Shown piece after piece: positions 62,401 through 64,000 of a stretch of 64,000 nucleotides of DNA. Below the pieces are notes generated by a model. That model was not told the origin of the DNA. It saw only the letters and a list, made by a program, of their open reading frames with translations, and did not search any database. Within the stretch, counting starts at the first letter, position 1, and each line of letters opens with the position of its first letter. Source of the stretch: Trichosphaerium sp. ATCC 40318 (taxonomy: Eukaryota; Protista; Tubulinea); NCBI GenBank assembly GCA_038496445.1, contig JALMLS010000397.1:310001-374000 (forward strand), in the 5' to 3' direction. The translations under genes were made by a program, and so were the position numbers.

Positions 62401-64000
62401 CTTTGTTTCCACCTGAGATTCATCCCTTCCTCCTTGCCACACTGGAGAAATTCGATTTATTGCATAGACTTGAAGGAAATGCAATTAACAATATTGATAT
62501 GCTTCGTGCAAGCCAAAACCTTGGTAATGTATCTGACTTGCTTGGTTTTGATAATTTCATGCGCTTGGACGGGTTTTCGGTACTGCCACAATTTTTAAAG
62601 CCTTTCATGCACTGTTTTTTATTTTTTGACACATTTTAGGGTGATCAAGTGGTTGCTGGCTCGTTGATATCACCAAGCGTTGCTCCTATAGAGAATCAAG
62701 GAAGAAGTTTAATTCCATGCCTACTACGAGATACACCTCCAAAGCGAGATGCCATCGAAGCTGTATGTAAAAGAGCTATCCTTCTATTTTTCTTTTTTCC
62801 ACAAAGATTGATTGTGACGTTTCCATAGGCGTTTCCTTCTGACGTTGACACTGCAACACAATTGAACCGGGTTTACACACTCTCATTCTTGCCTAATGGC
62901 TTTTTTGAGCGCCTGATGGTGCGCTTACTTCACTCGCACTGGGAAGCAAAGGTATACCTTTTTTGCCACACAAAACTTGGACCCAGTTTTCTTATGTAAA
63001 TTTTAGATTTTTTGGCGTTTCGGTATTGTCTTGGAAAAGGAAGGGTCACGTTTATTCTTAAAGCTCATTAAAGAAGATGGAAGTTTCCGCATTGAAGTCT
63101 TTTTGCGTGGGCCGGACGGCTCTAAGATGGGACCGCTTATGGAGAGTATTGATACACTCATTAGCGATTGGCTTTCTGTTGACTTTAGCATTTCAGTACC
63201 TTGTAATAATTGCATGGCAAACGGTCAACTTAATCCACACAACTTTGATATTAAAGGTATGTTGGTGGTCTTTAAACCAAACTGCTTTTCCTCTTGTGTA
63301 ATTCATTCCTCTTACTCTCCTTTAGAACTCGAACTAGCTATTGGTAAAGGAAAAATGTTGGTCGTATGTCCACGTGACAAGCTTCCTGTCAGGGTAGATG
63401 CTTTAGTACCTGACTTGACTATGGGAGATATCTTATCAGATTCTATGAAAATCCCATTTCATACACTACAACTTACTACGGAGCTCGGTGTTGGTGGTTT
63501 TGCGGTTGTATATAAAGGATCATATAGGGGTAAAGATGTAGCAATCAAGAAGCTTACCATAACAGAGCACGATGAAGATAACGACACACAGAGTCATACT
63601 AAAATTTTTGGTGAATTCCGACGTGAAGTCTGGCTAATGAGGTTCGCTCCTTTTCTCTTTTCTCTTTTCTCTTCCCTTTGATTTACTAAACTCTGTTTTA
63701 GTCGTATATCTCATGAGAACATTGTATCACTTGTTGGCTGTTGTACTAGCCCTGACCCGTATTGTATGGTATTGGAGTTTATGGATGCTGGTGATTTATA
63801 CGAGTTTGCTCATGGCCCAAGATATGAGACTGCCTCATGGGACTTATTGTTAAAATTAGCCCTGGATGTAGCTAAGGGTATGGAGTATATGCACTCTTTA
63901 AATCCACCGATCATTCATCGTGATTTGAAGAGTCCTAACGTGCTTTTGACGAAGGTAACCTCAATTTCCCTTTTACCACTTCCATTTCTTTTTTATTGAA
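59449..64000 (+). CDS. Roco kinase (LRR-Roc-COR-TKL kinase), Pats1/LRRK-like, truncated by window end
   Basis: RI-type LRRs (LQHNSTLRKLNLKHN), typical LRRs (LPPEIGLLSSLEEL), Roc KLMFVGDGNVGKTSL, WDFAGQEIYYATHQFFLS, CSHLD, COR FLPNGFFERLMVR, kinase LGVGGFAVVYKG, VAIKKL, HRDLKSPN. Confidence 0.95.

Noticed and set aside
1-64000. Many short ORFs in the supplied track, and tRNA/rRNA/transposon candidates
   Set aside because: Most short ORFs are antisense shadows or exons read into introns. I saw no tRNA cloverleaf, rRNA, transposase or reverse transcriptase motifs.

Overview
Gene-dense, AT-rich eukaryotic nuclear DNA in the standard genetic code, with about 22 genes split by many short (mostly 40-100 nt) spliceosomal introns. 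The dominant donor is GTACGT/GTATGT/GTAAGT, with a CTAAC-like branch point close to the 3' AG. The gene mix (Pats1-like Roco kinase, Zn2Cys6 factor, receptor tyrosine-kinase-like protein, giant-virus-like F-box/MORN gene, Thr/Pro-stalk surface protein) points to a free-living protist, most likely an amoebozoan (inference). Recognisable genes: 3' part of FANCM, GH3 beta-xylosidase, RagA/B, bacterial-type GpsA, PX protein, Nst1-like protein, questin-oxidase family protein, receptor pseudokinase, PWWP protein, RasGEF, cytochrome P450, DUF427, ABC1/ADCK kinase, Zn2Cys6 factor and Roco kinase. Most notable: an Nst1-like protein fused to a winged-helix-like domain and a C3HC4 RING; FANCM with an inserted RFC1-type BRCT domain; a large receptor tyrosine pseudokinase; a candidate GA-AG intron plus five GC-AG introns; two intronless transfer candidates; two unexplained structured intergenic segments; and strong CACGTG enrichment. 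All models were spliced by hand and all family calls rest on motif recognition, not database searches.
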